A stretch of 64,000 bases of DNA, taken from the NCBI GenBank assembly GCA_964016885.1, contig OZ024742.1, positions 363,320,001-363,384,000 on the forward strand, written 5' to 3'. Made by a program: the position numbers and the translations under genes. Source of the DNA: Eledone cirrhosa (taxonomy: Eukaryota). Below are positions 1 to 14,401 of the stretch, in pieces. The first letter of the stretch is position 1. The number at the start of each line of letters is the position of its first letter. Below the pieces are notes generated by a model. That model did not search any database and was not told the DNA's origin. It saw only the letters and a list, made by a program, of their open reading frames with translations.

Positions 1-312
1 GTTTCTGTATATTTTATTGTTTTTTTTTATTGATTATGATCATGCTGAGTAACACCTTCACTCATTCCTTGCTACCCTCTCCCAAACTCCTTATCATCTA
101 TTGCACCATGTAAGTGATAAATTTTTGATGTGATCTTTGATGTAATTTTTTATGACATTTTTTATGACATTTTATGACATTATATACGTCATGTATTGTG
201 TCTTTTTCTATATAGCGCTGACCTCTGGACCCCCCCCCCTGCTGGTCCTTTAACCTTGTTTTGGTGACGCAGCTTGATGGAGCATGCAACTACTGATATA
301 CTCTTGTTTATA

Positions 313-359
313 GGCTCTGATGATTCCTGCCTTACGGTACGGATGAAACACTGTTAGCT
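313..359 (+). ncRNA. Minimal type I hammerhead ribozyme near the 3' end of a PLE-type element (1-412)
   Basis: ggct-CTGATGA-[ttcc tgcc ttac ggta cgga t]-GAAAC-act-GTT-agct. Stem I ggct/agct. Followed by AATAAA and then (TA)n. Confidence 0.65.
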
Positions 360-412
360 AATAAAACAATGTATTTCTAAGCACACTTTGGTTATTCCTA
401 AACCTATATATA

Positions 413-590
<178 letters not shown>

Positions 591-620
591 ATTCTTTTGT
601 TACGTTAATATTTATGAACA

Positions 621-1010
621 CAGGATGGCCGAATGGTTAAGGAGTTGGAGGTGCAATCAACAGGTGTTGGATTCGATATCATTGCGTCGCATGTTTGACA
701 AATATTATTTACATGGCAGTATCGGTAGAGGGTCGGACGCCATGCCTTGACGCAAAGAGTTACGGCCCTTTCCATTCTGAGTTCAAATCCCGCCGAGGTT
801 AACTTTGCCTTTCATCCTTACGGGGTCGATAAAATAAAGTACCAGTAATACACTGGGTATTTGCTGGCCTTGTGCAAAAAGTAGAAACAATTATTTACAA
901 TGTCTTTGGAGTGAAATTGTATCAAGAGAAGCTCGATGGAAACCAGTCGGCTACACTGACTGTATCTTTACATGAAAGCGTTAGCTGACTATCTGGACAT
1001 TAACGCTAAT
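621..1010 (+). mobile_element. Old tRNA-derived SINE interrupted by a younger SINE
   Basis: A-box-like tggccgaatggttaagg and B-box-like gattcgatatc; the body resumes after 899. Confidence 0.5.
714..889 (+). mobile_element. tRNA-derived SINE family 1 (central domain gcctttcatccttacggggtcgataaaataaagtacc, Meta-domain-like)
   Basis: B box gagttcaaatcc, conserved central domain, tail ttgctggccttgtgc..agaaacaattatt. TSD attatttaca at 704-713 and 890-899. Several more copies occur in the window. Confidence 0.85.
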
Positions 1011-1261
1011 GTAGCCACTGAAACTTATAGAATTGGACTTGATAACATTGCTTATATTAAGTTAGTTTATGTGAGGAATTCAGTAATGTACCTAAACATT
1101 TGTAGAACGATAAAACTGAAGAAAGAAAAAAGATATTAACCCCATACATATATACATATACACAATGTCCGAACGCAAAAGAACCGAACTCCCAGTCATT
1201 GCATCCGTTTCTCACGCTCTCTTCATCTCTCACTATTGTGAGCAGAGGGAGCTCCATGCGC

Positions 1262-1590
1262 TGGCCGCCCGCGGCACCGGCGGATAGGACTGAGAAGGCG
1301 TTTCTCCGGAGGATGGTGCGGGAGACGCGCTGTAAGAGCCATTACAGCTCGCGATGCTCACACCTGTGGGTAGCCAACTCTGTGCCAATGGTGATGAATA
1401 GGAAGGTGGCTCTAGAGACAAGAACACCAAAGATCACCACTGCCAAGGGCTCGACCACGAATTTATCGGAGAGCGACCGATATTTGGAGAGATTTCCCTC
1501 CTCATCCCGAAATACAGCAAAGGCTGAGTTAGTCCCAGATTGCACCAGGTTGCCTCTGTGGAATGTGTCGTTGCATGTGGCATCCCAGAT
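1262..1590 (-). pseudogene. 3' fragment of a CRE-clade-like non-LTR retrotransposon (restriction-like endonuclease domain)
   Basis: Minus-strand translation WDATCNDTF...SKYRSLSDKFVVEPLAV..FG...IGTELA...REL*WLLQRVSRTILRRNAFSVL matches the RLE C-terminal pattern WDATC..DT / KY / P.AVE..G / QR.S.AI.RGNA. It has an in-frame stop. Confidence 0.7.
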
Positions 1591-1713
1591 AATGTTATGC
1601 ATGACTTGAATTCTCAGTCACTTTCTTAATTTCATGAGCAGACTATTCACTTGATCTTACAATTAGAACACTCATCTTCGAAACCAACGAAGTTTATTCC
1701 ATGTTAATGATTG

Positions 1714-1850
1714 TGAGATTGCGTGGCTTAGTGGTAAATGCATTGAATTCAACATCGTATGATCGTATGTTTCATTCCCAGTCTGGGCAGCACATTGTTC
1801 TATTGAGAATAACATATTTATCTAAAGCTAGAAAAAACTGTTTTGCGACT
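1714..1850 (+). mobile_element. Degenerate tRNA-derived SINE family 2 (CORE-like)
   Basis: gcgtggcttagtgg A box and a decayed B box; resembles the better copy at 63095-63228. Confidence 0.5.
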
Positions 1851-2465
1851 TCAGTAGGGTTAAACTATATCGACCTTTGTCCTTGAATAACATCGGTAGC
1901 ATGAAGACAGGGTAATGACATGCTTTCACACAGTCATTTTGTCTAGGCTTGCGCCTTGGAGAGAGGGATAAAACATTACCTCGAAGAGTAAAATCAGCCG
2001 CTTGAATGAAGTTGGCTGGAAGGAGGGAATATAATGGATTATAGGAGAACCTGACAGCTGAGCTCTTGCCATTTTAATAGCTACTACAAGCTAGTCTGGA
2101 ACTAGTTATCGAAAAGGCCAGAGCTCTGCTATCGAAACCCGATTCTTACTAAAGTAGTCACACTCTAGTACCCAAGTTTTGGGTACTCAGTTGAATAATG
2201 GTCCATCTAGTTTAATACTGTTTTAAAACTTACATATATATATATATATATAAGTATCTACACGTACATACATATATGTATACAGACGTACAGTAGTATG
2301 TATATATATATATATATATACATACATGCACACATATATATATGTGTACGTATGGATTCACCGAACATTTATTATAATGCTCGGTGTGTTTGTAAACAAA
2401 CAACCCGTATTAAGCCGTAGTGTCTAGCAACCATCGTTGCTCGTTTGTTCAATACTGACAAAGGA

Positions 2466-2508
2466 ACGCTGTATTAGTTTCAAGTTTATTAGCTATCGTC
2501 AGCAACGT
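2466..2508 (-). ncRNA. Hammerhead ribozyme, left arm
   Basis: Reverse complement: acgttg-CTGACGA-tagctaataaactt-GAAAC-TA-ATA-cagcgt. Stem I 6 bp. Confidence 0.7.
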
Positions 2509-2887
2509 ATACCTTCCTGCCAGATGATTGAACGTCTGAAAGTATACACTTTCCTTAAGCATATTAACTGCTGAGCAGCCTAATTTGCATATCGTGTGGG
2601 TTACTCGGCCTGGTGCACCGAAAACGATAAACGGAAAAAATGAAACGAAATTTCATTTCCCACTGCTGTACGTCTGTATACATATATGTATGTACGTGTA
2701 CATACTTATATTTAAGTAACAGCCGTACTAAGAGTGGGAAATGAAATTTCGTTTCATTTTTTCCGTTTATCGTTTTCGGTGCACCCGGCCGATTAACCCA
2801 CTCGATATGCAAATTAGGCTGCTCAGCCGTTAATATGCATAACGAAAGTATATACTTTCAACGTTCAATCATCTGGCAGGAAGGTAT

Positions 2888-2930
2888 ACGTTGCTGACGA
2901 TAGCTAATAAGCTTGAAACTAGTAAAGCGT
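2888..2930 (+). ncRNA. Hammerhead ribozyme, right arm
   Basis: acgttg-CTGACGA-t agct aata agct t-GAAAC-TA-GTA-aagcgt. Palindromic stem III ACTAGT. Confidence 0.75.
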
Positions 2931-3227
2931 TCCTTTGTCAGTGTTGAACAAACGAGGAACGATGGTTGCTAGACACTACGGCTTAATACAGGATGTTTGT
3001 TTACAAACATACCGAGCATTATAATAAATGTTCGGTGAATCCATACGTACATATATATATGTGTGCATGTATGTATGTATATATATATATACATACTACT
3101 GTATGTCTGTATACATATATGTATGTATGTGTACATACTATATTTAAGTAACAGCCGTACTAAGAGTGAGAAATGAAATTCCGTTTCATTTTTTCCATTT
3201 ATATATATATACATATATATATATATG

Positions 3228-3395
3228 ACGAAGGAAGTGTGGTAAGGATTCAGGTGGACCATACATAACACACCAGAGTACTCAATACTTAGGGTAATAG
3301 AGTGGGTAATAGGAAAATGTTCAAGACCCCGACGGCAGAGCTCAAGCCGTTTAGATGGCTATTTCTGACCGCCGGGCTCTTGAACATTTTCCCAT
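3228..3395 (-). mobile_element. Short PLE-type 3'-end element, 'half-hammerhead' family, with terminal fold-back
   Basis: Shares agagtactcaatacttaggg..gagtgggtaatagg..ccccgacggc.gagctc.agccgttt with copies at about 2020-2135, 5525-5720, 20660-20765, 35381-35440, 43620-43760 and 51135-51192. Confidence 0.7.
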
Positions 3396-3418
3396 ATATA
3401 TATATATATATATATATA

Positions 3419-4138
3419 CGAGGTGTGTCAGAAAGGTTCCAGGACTGATGTCAAAAAAGATTTATTTCAAACTCAAACTTCACACATAAGAGTTTTCGCC
3501 TTCAAAGTAATTCCCCTGAAGTATGTAACTGTAATCTTAGCTCTCTGCAGCGATCAAACTTTTTTCTTCATAATTTTATATATATGTCCTCTGTTTCAGG
3601 TCGTAAAGCAATGAGCACAGAGAAACGAACAAACTTGAAGTTTCTGGTACGGTTGGGGAAAACTCCGTCAGAAGCACTGGAATTGCTGCAGCAAATGTAT
3701 GGAGATGAGACGATGTCTCGCTCACGTATTTTTGAGTGGTGCAAGATGACCCCAGGAGCGGAAGGCCCTCAACAACCAGGACTGACTGATCGACTGATGG
3801 CAAATGAGCTGGGCATGAATCGGAACAGCGTCTGGAAGATTCTCACTGAAGATATGGACATGCGGAAAGTCTGCGCGAAGATGGTGCCAAAACTGCTGAA
3901 CAATGACCAGAAGGGGACCCGTTTTGAAGACGTGGACGACATCAAAAAGGCCGTGACGACGAAACTGCGGAGGATCCCGGAAGAATCCTTCCAGGGGTGC
4001 ATGCAAGCGTGGCAAAAAAAGATGGGAAAGTGCATTAGACTTAATGGGGAGTACTTTGAAGGAGAAAACTCTCAGTGTGAAGTTTGGGTTGAAATAAATC
4101 TTTTGTGACACAGTCCTGGAACTTTTCTGACACATCTC

Positions 4139-4139
<1 letters not shown>
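3419..4139 (+). mobile_element. Internally deleted mariner (Tc1/mariner) element, 721 bp
   Basis: TIRs cgaggtgtgtcagaaaggttccaggactg / cagtcctggaacttttctgacacatctcg with TA flanks. Inverted similarity extends to about 90 bp. Confidence 0.92.
3611..4108 (+). pseudogene. Truncated mariner transposase: HTH plus linker fused in frame to the C-terminus, DDD core missing
   Basis: KFLVRLGKTPSEALELLQQMYGDETMSRSRIFEW (HTH), KVCAKMVPKLL (WVPxxL-like), then directly KGTRFEDVDDIK...KCIRLNGEYFEG. Confidence 0.85.
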
Positions 4140-4176
<37 letters not shown>

Positions 4177-4244
4177 ATACTTTGGGAGGGTCATGTTGCC
4201 AATAAGAAACACACGCACCAGTTGCTTTCACTTAAAGAATAACG

Positions 4245-4311
<67 letters not shown>

Positions 4312-4313
<2 letters not shown>

Positions 4314-5505
4314 TTACTGTGGTTACCCCCGATTGAACGCGGGATAAACTTATATATATATTACTTACTGTGGTTACCCCCGATTTAACGCGGGATAAAC
4401 TTATATATATATTTACATATATATATGTAGCCTTCCAGATACGTTAAGAAGCGACCAACTAAGACAAATGATACAATATTGCAGTTCTCAGGAGATTATC
4501 CGAGGTTTCTTCTACAGTTCACAGTCATCTTAACATACAGTATTACTACATTATTAACAGTAGGCAGTGATTGTACGAGATTTTCAAACAAGATTTACCT
4601 GTATTACTACAACTATTGGGCAAGTAATCGGATATCGCCAGCCTTACACTGCAGTCGGTATTACTGCGATCTATTACAACGGATACGCCAGAAGATGTAT
4701 TACTTCGAGCCATATATGTGTGATACCAACACACACACACGAGCACGCACGCCCCCCCCCCCCCACACACACACACGAGCACGCACCCACACACACGAGC
4801 ACGAACACACACACACACACGCACACATATTCATAGGCACACACACACATACATACATTGAAATATACAAACTTACACACACGCATGTATATAACTCAGA
4901 ATATATCATGTTGCTAAGTTGGCTTTAATTAAGACATATGCACACCCACACACACACCCATACACCCATACACCCACATATACATGTATGTATATGTATG
5001 TATATATGTGTGTGTGTATGAGTGTATAATTATGTATGTGTGTGTGTATATTTACTGATGTAATCGTAATCCTCCACTACTCTCATCTCGACTTCCGGAT
5101 AATCCAACTTCTGTGTCAAGGTCTGTATAGATTTTTCACTCGACCGCAATATCTTACACAATCCTGTCTGCTTTCAGCTCAGCATTATAAAGAGAGCGAT
5201 AAAAAAAGACAATCACATTAACAAAATCATCGTAATTACTTTTGCTTTAGTTTATTCTTCTCATCCTTAATTGATAGAGAAATGAGATTTCTTTTTAATT
5301 AATATTCACGTGTAGAAGACAGAGTTTGGAGAACGTTCGATTATCGTGAGTACTGGTTGACATGTTCTAACCCTAAACCAGTTTTATGTTACGCGAGTTG
5401 CCAAGTTTAATTTTACATTCGGATATACATAATTATATATATATATATGTGTATTGTGTACCTTACTTACTGTGGTTATCCCGGATTGAACCCGGGATAA
5501 ATTTA
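4312..5505 (+). mobile_element. Putative Helitron-like non-autonomous element(s) with a reiterated terminal hairpin
   Basis: The motif ttactgtggttacccccgatt(g/t)aacgcgggataaa occurs at about 4314, 4365 and 5467, and a partial reverse copy at about 51285. It resembles the ACT..ACCCG..CGGG terminus of the element at 46199. Internal (CA)n. Confidence 0.4.
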
Positions 5506-5524
5506 TATATATATATATATATAT

Positions 5525-5721
5525 AACAAAGAGGGTGTTGTAAGATACAAGGTGGATGGTAACTGCACCAGAGTACTCAATACTTAGAGTAGTAGAGTGG
5601 GTAATAAGAAAAGAATCAGGAACCCGACGGCTGAGCTCCGGCCGTTTCGACAGCAAGATCTGAACGGATGTAGCTGTCGAAACGGCCGGAGCTCAGTCGT
5701 TGGGATCCTAACTCTTTTCCT
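5525..5721. mobile_element. Half-hammerhead family copy with fold-back centred near 5665
   Basis: cccgacggctgagctccggccgtttcgacagc ... gctgtcgaaacggccggagctcagtcgttggg inverted pair. Confidence 0.75.
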
Positions 5722-5723
5722 AT

Positions 5724-6477
5724 ATGTAGATAGAAGTGGTTAAACAACAGTTAGTTCACCATACCGAGAACAATTGTTTCACCTTAGCGAGCCCGAAGTT
5801 TGCCCCTTCAACAGCAATGCAACACACTAGCTGTCATTTATGAAGCTGTGGTCACTTCCAACCGATCACACCAACCACGGGAGGTCAAATCCTATGTGGG
5901 CAGGGCGGAGGGCCGATTTAAGGAACGTTTCCTGAACCATCACTCGACCTTTAGATACCCGGACAGACGTTCATCCACGAAACTCACGAGCCACGTATGG
6001 TCCCTGAAGGACTTAAGTATAGACTACTCAATTCAATGGAAAGCCATCACTGATTCCAAGCCATACGCAAGGGGAAATCCGTCGTATGGACTGTGTATTG
6101 ACGAACGAATAAATATTCTAAAGAGATTATGCAATAGTGATTGCCTAAACACGAGAAATGAATTTTTCACACGTTGTCCACACGTCTCCAAACACCTATT
6201 GCTTAACTACAAAGCTCCGCATTGAATGAATTATTGTAACAACATCAATCATTTTTCTTATCAAGTAAAAACTTTTCGAACTTTCGCAGTTATCTCTCAA
6301 ACACCTCTCGCACGCATTTTAGTATTGCCTGTGTGAAGTGACGGGTTTCTGCGCACGCACGTTCGTACGGTTGTCCTTCCTGTTCCTATAACCATGCCCA
6401 TTACGAGCTGAGGATCAGCTAAGGTGAAACAGTTATTCTCAGTATGGTGAACTAACAGTTGTCTAACCACTTGTACC
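5724..6477 (+). mobile_element. 5'-truncated PLE (family C) with an inverted 5' pLTR segment
   Basis: GIY-YIG ORF 5800-6225 (VIYEAVV..SYVGRAEGRFKERFLNH..WSLKD..LC..E..LNTRNE..CPH). 5724-5789 is the reverse complement of the 3' end 6418-6477. Confidence 0.85.
6404..6441 (+). ncRNA. Hammerhead ribozyme in the family C pLTR (slightly decayed)
   Basis: cgag-CTGAGGA-tcagctaaggt-GAAAC-agtt-att-ctc. The inverted copy at about 5764-5789 gives GAAAC-AATT-GTT-CTCG, with palindrome AACAATTGTT. Stem II is weak. Confidence 0.55.
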
Positions 6478-6532
6478 TAACTCGTCCCATGGATTGAGTG
6501 GTCCCTGGATATTACCTTCCAGTGTTCTACCA

Positions 6533-6652
<120 letters not shown>

Positions 6653-6769
6653 AGAAGTGGTTACACAACAGGTAGTTCACCATACCGAGAACAATATATA
6701 TATATGTGTATATATTTATATGATATATGTATATATATATATATATAGTAATAATAGTAATAATAATAA

Positions 6770-8672
6770 ATTTGAAGACTAAAATCCAAAGAGGGCTCGA
6801 TAAGGATGAATATATATCAAATATATAAGAACCGTAGAGCAAATATTTATTAAAATAACAGATTAAAGTTTAAGCAAAGAATCGCTGGTTTCACCCTAAA
6901 CGGGATCTTCTGAAACTAACAAAGTCAATCTGTAAACGCAGAAGTGGATATTTCAAAAAACGTTGCAACCGGAGGAAGACAGGAAGACGATACTTCGGTT
7001 CGTGGAAAAGTTCCCTGGCAAAGAACGGGAAAAACGAATATAATACGTCATTAATAGGAGCGGTGAAAAACAATTACACGCAAAGACAGAACTACGTTTA
7101 TGGTATAAAAGAAGTCGTAGACTTATTTTCTCTTAGGTGGTTCATAGAGACGTTCTCTGGCAATGAACGGAAAAAACGATGATAATAAGTCATATGTGAA
7201 ACGTGGAGAACAATTGCACGCAAAGACAAAACCACGTAAATGGTATAGCTGAAGTCGTAGACTAAAATTCTAACTAGATAACCGAATGAATCTCCGCTTC
7301 AGAGTTAAGAATAAAGTAAATAAAATACAATACAGAGGTAATAGAAAATAAATAAATACATACACGCATGCAAATACGTACATACACAAAGATACGCGAA
7401 AACACTTGCCATAGGTATAGGTATACAAAACCATGCACATATAAATATGTGTGTGTGCGTGTATACAAATAAATAATAATTAAATAAACGTATATAAATA
7501 AATAAATACGTATATAACAAGCGCACACACATACACACACCCTACATACGTTCGAACCCGCATACTCACACAGACGCAAAACTCCCGTATACACATAACA
7601 AAACCATATGTACCAGAATATATAAAATTATACGCCATAACATATACAATCAAATACGTACGAGAAAGTATATGTACCTTCACAAAACATACAGGTAATA
7701 TATACATACCTATGCAAATAAGTAATGGTTTAAACATAACATATACTTAGCTACCACATCAAGACGTAAAATATCCACGTATAGATCGTACTATCTGTTA
7801 GGGTATAATGTGGGTCTGTAATACAGGAAAGTTTTGTGCAATTTATGTTTACATGCTGAAATTGCCTCTGATTTTTTGTTTAAGATGTTGTCTGTGGCGT
7901 AGAGTATTTCCAGGGCCTCAGCGGCGCAGAGGTCACATGATCTTTTATTTCCGTTATACGATCTAGCCCTAGCTAGGATCTCCCAGTGTAACTTATATTG
8001 GGTGTGGTTGTCTTTTAGACTCCAGATATAAGCTGAAAGTGACGTCATATTCCTTCTCAGAGGGTAACGAAAAGAATGGGTATGCATGTAAAGACGCTGC
8101 TTGAATCTATTGGTGGCTAACCCTATGTAGGCCCTACGGGACGTGGGTGTTTCAACCTTACATTTGTAGACAATGTGACTAGAGAGGCATTTCCGGATAG
8201 GGGGCAATCAACCCGATTCCTACAATTACAGTTAGTACTAACTACAGGGTTGCACGTGTTCCTACGGCTAGGTAGTTACCTAAATTTGAAGCTGTGATGT
8301 TATGTGCAAGGTTAGGAGTCGTAGAGTAAGAAATTTTAATAGTATTTCTATTAAACATTTTACTATATTTATGTGTAGGGGGGAAATGCTTCGTAATAAG
8401 GGATAGAAAGATCTTAGCTAATGGTGTGGCCACCTCCATATTATATGGTGGGTTATACCAAGAAATGAGACGAGATCTATTTCTTTTAGGTATAATTTCG
8501 ACTCTGTATATGCTATCTTATCGACAAATCCACTCCGAGCAAGAGCCTCATTGTAATAAGTGGAATGGACGTTGAAAATATACTCGTTAGTAGATAGACG
8601 GGAAAGCCTCAACAAAACGTTTCTTACCAGGTTATTGGTTATGCTGGCAGTATGGTTGGAATGCTTGCTTAT
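6770..8672 (-). mobile_element. PLE family A (Naiad-like), left arm of a head-to-head pair
   Basis: Minus-strand ORF pieces SKHSNH..WYNPP..KHFP..FNRNTIKISYS and IVYKCKV..RAYIGL..FKQRLY.H..CDLC..LNKKSE..CKH, followed by a 1-kb 3' pLTR/UTR. Confidence 0.9.
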
Positions 8673-10933
<2,261 letters not shown>

Positions 10934-11001
10934 TTATATAAATATATACATATATATATATTGTTCTCGGTATGGTGAACTAACTGTTGTGTAACCACTT
11001 C

Positions 11002-11071
<70 letters not shown>

Positions 11072-11086
11072 AATACAGCCATCAAC

Positions 11087-12837
11087 AACTCCCCTTCCTC
11101 AACATCCTCATTCAGATCCATAACAAAAAATAGAAACAGACATATACTCCAAGCCCACAGACTCCAAGCAATATCTTCCTTTCAACTCTTGCCACCCTAG
11201 ACACTTTAAAATTAATATTCCCTACAACTTAGCCAAGAGAATCTGTACTATAGTCTCCAATAAAACACCTGCTACTTACGGCTACAAGAACTAAAGGACA
11301 CACTCTTAGGCAGGGACTACCCTGCATCACTAATTGACAATGGAATCCAACGTGCACTAAAACTCAGTACCCAGGACCTTAGGAACCCTAAAATAAATCA
11401 ACCGAAACTAAAAGCTCTTCCATACATCTCCACACACAACCCCCTCAACAATGAGGCTTTTGACACCATCCTCCAGAACATCCCTGTGTTGAAAAAGGAC
11501 CATAGAATGAACCAAATCCTACGAACCCACGATATAATAAAGAGCAAAAGACAATCTAAGTCAATGAAAAACATCCTAACACATGCCAATGTACTGCCAA
11601 CCATAACAACGAAACCCACAGTAAAAAAATGCGATAGACCCAACTGTGGCATTTGCATCAACCTAATAGAGGGTTCGGAATTCTATTTCAAAGAAGGACA
11701 ACGTTTTATAGTAAAACACAATTTCACATGTGCATCGGAAAATCTAATATATGTATTAACTTGCTCAGGTTGTCGAGAACAATACATAGGCCAGACGAAA
11801 AACAGCCTCCGCCAACGCATGACTGTCCATAGATCCCAAATTAAAATACGGGAATACAGGAAAATACCACTGAGTGAACACATTGATACCTGTGCCGCCC
11901 AAAATCATCCCAACCTCTACAAATTTAAAGATAATGCCACCCACACCCAGCGCATCAGCAAGGAATCTTACTTTATTAACAAATACGGACCCCGTCTAAA
12001 CAGTTCTCCCTAAGACGAACCCACAACATACACACGTCAACATACATACCTACACCAGCACACATCTCTACCCACATATAAACACAATGACATACGTAAA
12101 CACACATGTTCTATGGTGCAACACAAATATACACAAACTTTCATACCTTTTGATGTCTATAGATATAAACGTGCCGACACACACACATACATAAACGCAC
12201 ACATGCATTGCACACTGATGGGCACATACATATTTGTGCACAGATATTCCAATACGGCAAAGCCTAATGAATTCCCCTTGCAGTACGTACAATCTGGACA
12301 CACTCCAGATACATGTGTACAATTTGTGCACAAGTATACAATTTGTGCACAGGTATACAATTTCTGGACACACTCCAGATACATATTTGTGCACAGGTAT
12401 TCCAATACGGCAAGGCCTAATGGATCCCCCTTGCAGTACGTAAAATCTGGACACACACACACACTCACACACGCCTTGGTATTATGCCAATACTATATAT
12501 CATTTCACACCTTTTATTATTAAGGTTTTTGATGTTCTATTGAGAGAATCGATTTTACTGAAAATATCGAATAATGTACACCATTTTACCAGAAAAAAAT
12601 ACTGGTCCACCCACTCACACACACACACACATTCTCTCACACACACAGACATATATACACACACACACATACACACGCGTACATTAACATACAAAGAGAC
12701 ATATATACACACACACACACACACACACTTCTCCGTATAAGACAAGAGCTGAAAAATATATTTTAACATGTTAAAATATCCCCCACACACTTACAAACAC
12801 ATTCCTACTGACCATCCCTCTACCACGAATTACTCTG

Positions 12838-12872
<35 letters not shown>

Positions 12873-13443
12873 TCTTAATAGGCATTTGAACTGTCAACAG
12901 GCTGCGGTTCGCACACACATCCCTGCTGACCATTATCACAACAAGGGCGGTGGATTGGCAGTATCGGTAGAGGGTTGGGCGCCTTTATGATCTGAGTTCA
13001 AATCCCGCCGAGGTTAACTTTGCCTTTCATCCTTACGGGGTCGATAAAATAAAGTACCAGTAATGCACTGGGATAATTGCTGGCCTGGTGCCAAAAGTAG
13101 AAACAATTATCACAACAACGAACCTCTTTACTACTACTACACACACACACACACATATTTGTTGCGAAAGTCTTATTTCTCAGTCAGCCGACACAAACCT
13201 ACATTTTGCGCAAAATCAATTTTTTACATTCACATGACCTCTACCGACCAATCAAAATTGTTTTGACCACAAGAATTTTTGCAACACGAATTGGCACAAA
13301 ACTTATTTTAATACCGCTGGAGCCACTTTTTTAAACTTAAAACCAAAACTGAATACTAACCAATACTATTACTAATTCTCACTTATTCCTAATTAAACTA
13401 TTTTTCACTGTGAACAATTTGTCAGCATTTTCTATTCCGTTTA

Positions 13444-13450
<7 letters not shown>
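11087..13450 (+). mobile_element. 5'-truncated PLE (Neptune-like, family D) with a long 3' region
   Basis: [33 protein letters not shown] (thumb). ORF 11486-12013 has KCDRPNCGIC (Zn linker) and NLIYVLTCSGCREQYIGQT..LRQR..H (GIY-YIG). 13330-13450 matches the 3' end of the 18.0-kb and 42.8-kb fold-backs. Continuity of the 3' boundary is inferred. Confidence 0.75.
12945..13105 (+). mobile_element. SINE family 1
   Basis: Same domains as 714-889. 13-bp TSD attatcacaacaa at 12932-12944 and 13106-13118. Confidence 0.88.
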
Positions 13451-13491
<41 letters not shown>

Positions 13492-14019
13492 TCTTTATAT
13501 ATATGTATAGTTTAGCTGTGTCATATTTTTACAGTTATATATGTACTTTTTAATGTACTTTAATTTCAGTTTGTATTTTTCACATTTGCTTCAGCAATTA
13601 TTTTATCAATCTAAGAAGGAAGAAATACAAATTTGACATCGAACAGACATTGGTCAATACCAAGTTTTAGTTATATATCACCGTCTCTTTATCATGATTC
13701 TGCCCATCCTCCACACATACATAAATCAATAATATTATCACAAAAGAAATGAAAGCCACACTGTAACCATGAACATTATTCCGTAAATCTGAATCATGTT
13801 AACTTTAAAGTGTTAATTTCTCGTTTCTCATAAAATACTCGTAAAATAGTAAGAGTACGACAATTCACAGCATTGTCACTTATTTACACTTTATGACACC
13901 CCAAGATTTATATATAACTGTTAAACATTTCATTTTTACTTCGAATAAATTCATAAACACTTTGGAAAGGCCGAGAGGTTGGATATTTCTATACTATCAT
14001 GTATCTATGTAATTCTAGG

Positions 14020-14320
14020 TGGAGAATTGGCAAAGCTGTTTAGAACTTCAGCTTAAATTCTATGAGGTATTTGTTCCCGGATCTCTAGGTCTGAATACAG
14101 TAGATTTCTGCCAGAGAAGGATAGAAACTGAAAGAACGGAAATAAGAAGGACATATAGAGGACAAATCGACCCAGTACTTGTCTGGTTATTTCTTATTGA
14201 CCTTGAATGGATGAAAGATAATGTTGAACTCGGCTGGATTTCAAACCAGAGAGCAGAAAGCCGAAAATATGCCGCAATGCATTTATATAAAGTTTCAACG
14301 ACTGGCAATTCACCGCCTTA
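14020..14320 (-). mobile_element. Old degenerate SINE family 1-related copy
   Basis: Reverse complement shows ggtttgaaatccagccgagttcaac..tttcatccattcaaggtcaataag..accag. Confidence 0.5.
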
Positions 14321-14323
14321 GCA

Positions 14324-14401
14324 AACTGTGGATCGAAAAAAAACTTTGAACACACGTTGGCGTCGACGATGTGTGTTCAAAGTTTTTTTTGATCCACAGT
14401 G
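14324..14401. mobile_element. About 78-bp Tc1/mariner-type MITE, almost pure TIR
   Basis: actgtggatcgaaaaaaaactttgaacacac / gtgtgttcaaagttttttttgatccacagtg-TA hairpin with a 15-nt spacer. Confidence 0.6.

Larger units (their letters stand above)
2254..3200. mobile_element. Fold-back, terminally redundant HHR element (about 432-bp monomer plus an inverted arm)
   Basis: 2254-2662 is the reverse complement of about 2732-3139. tatttaagtaacagccgtactaagagtg repeats at 2709 and 3141. Flanked by (TA)n. Confidence 0.85.
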
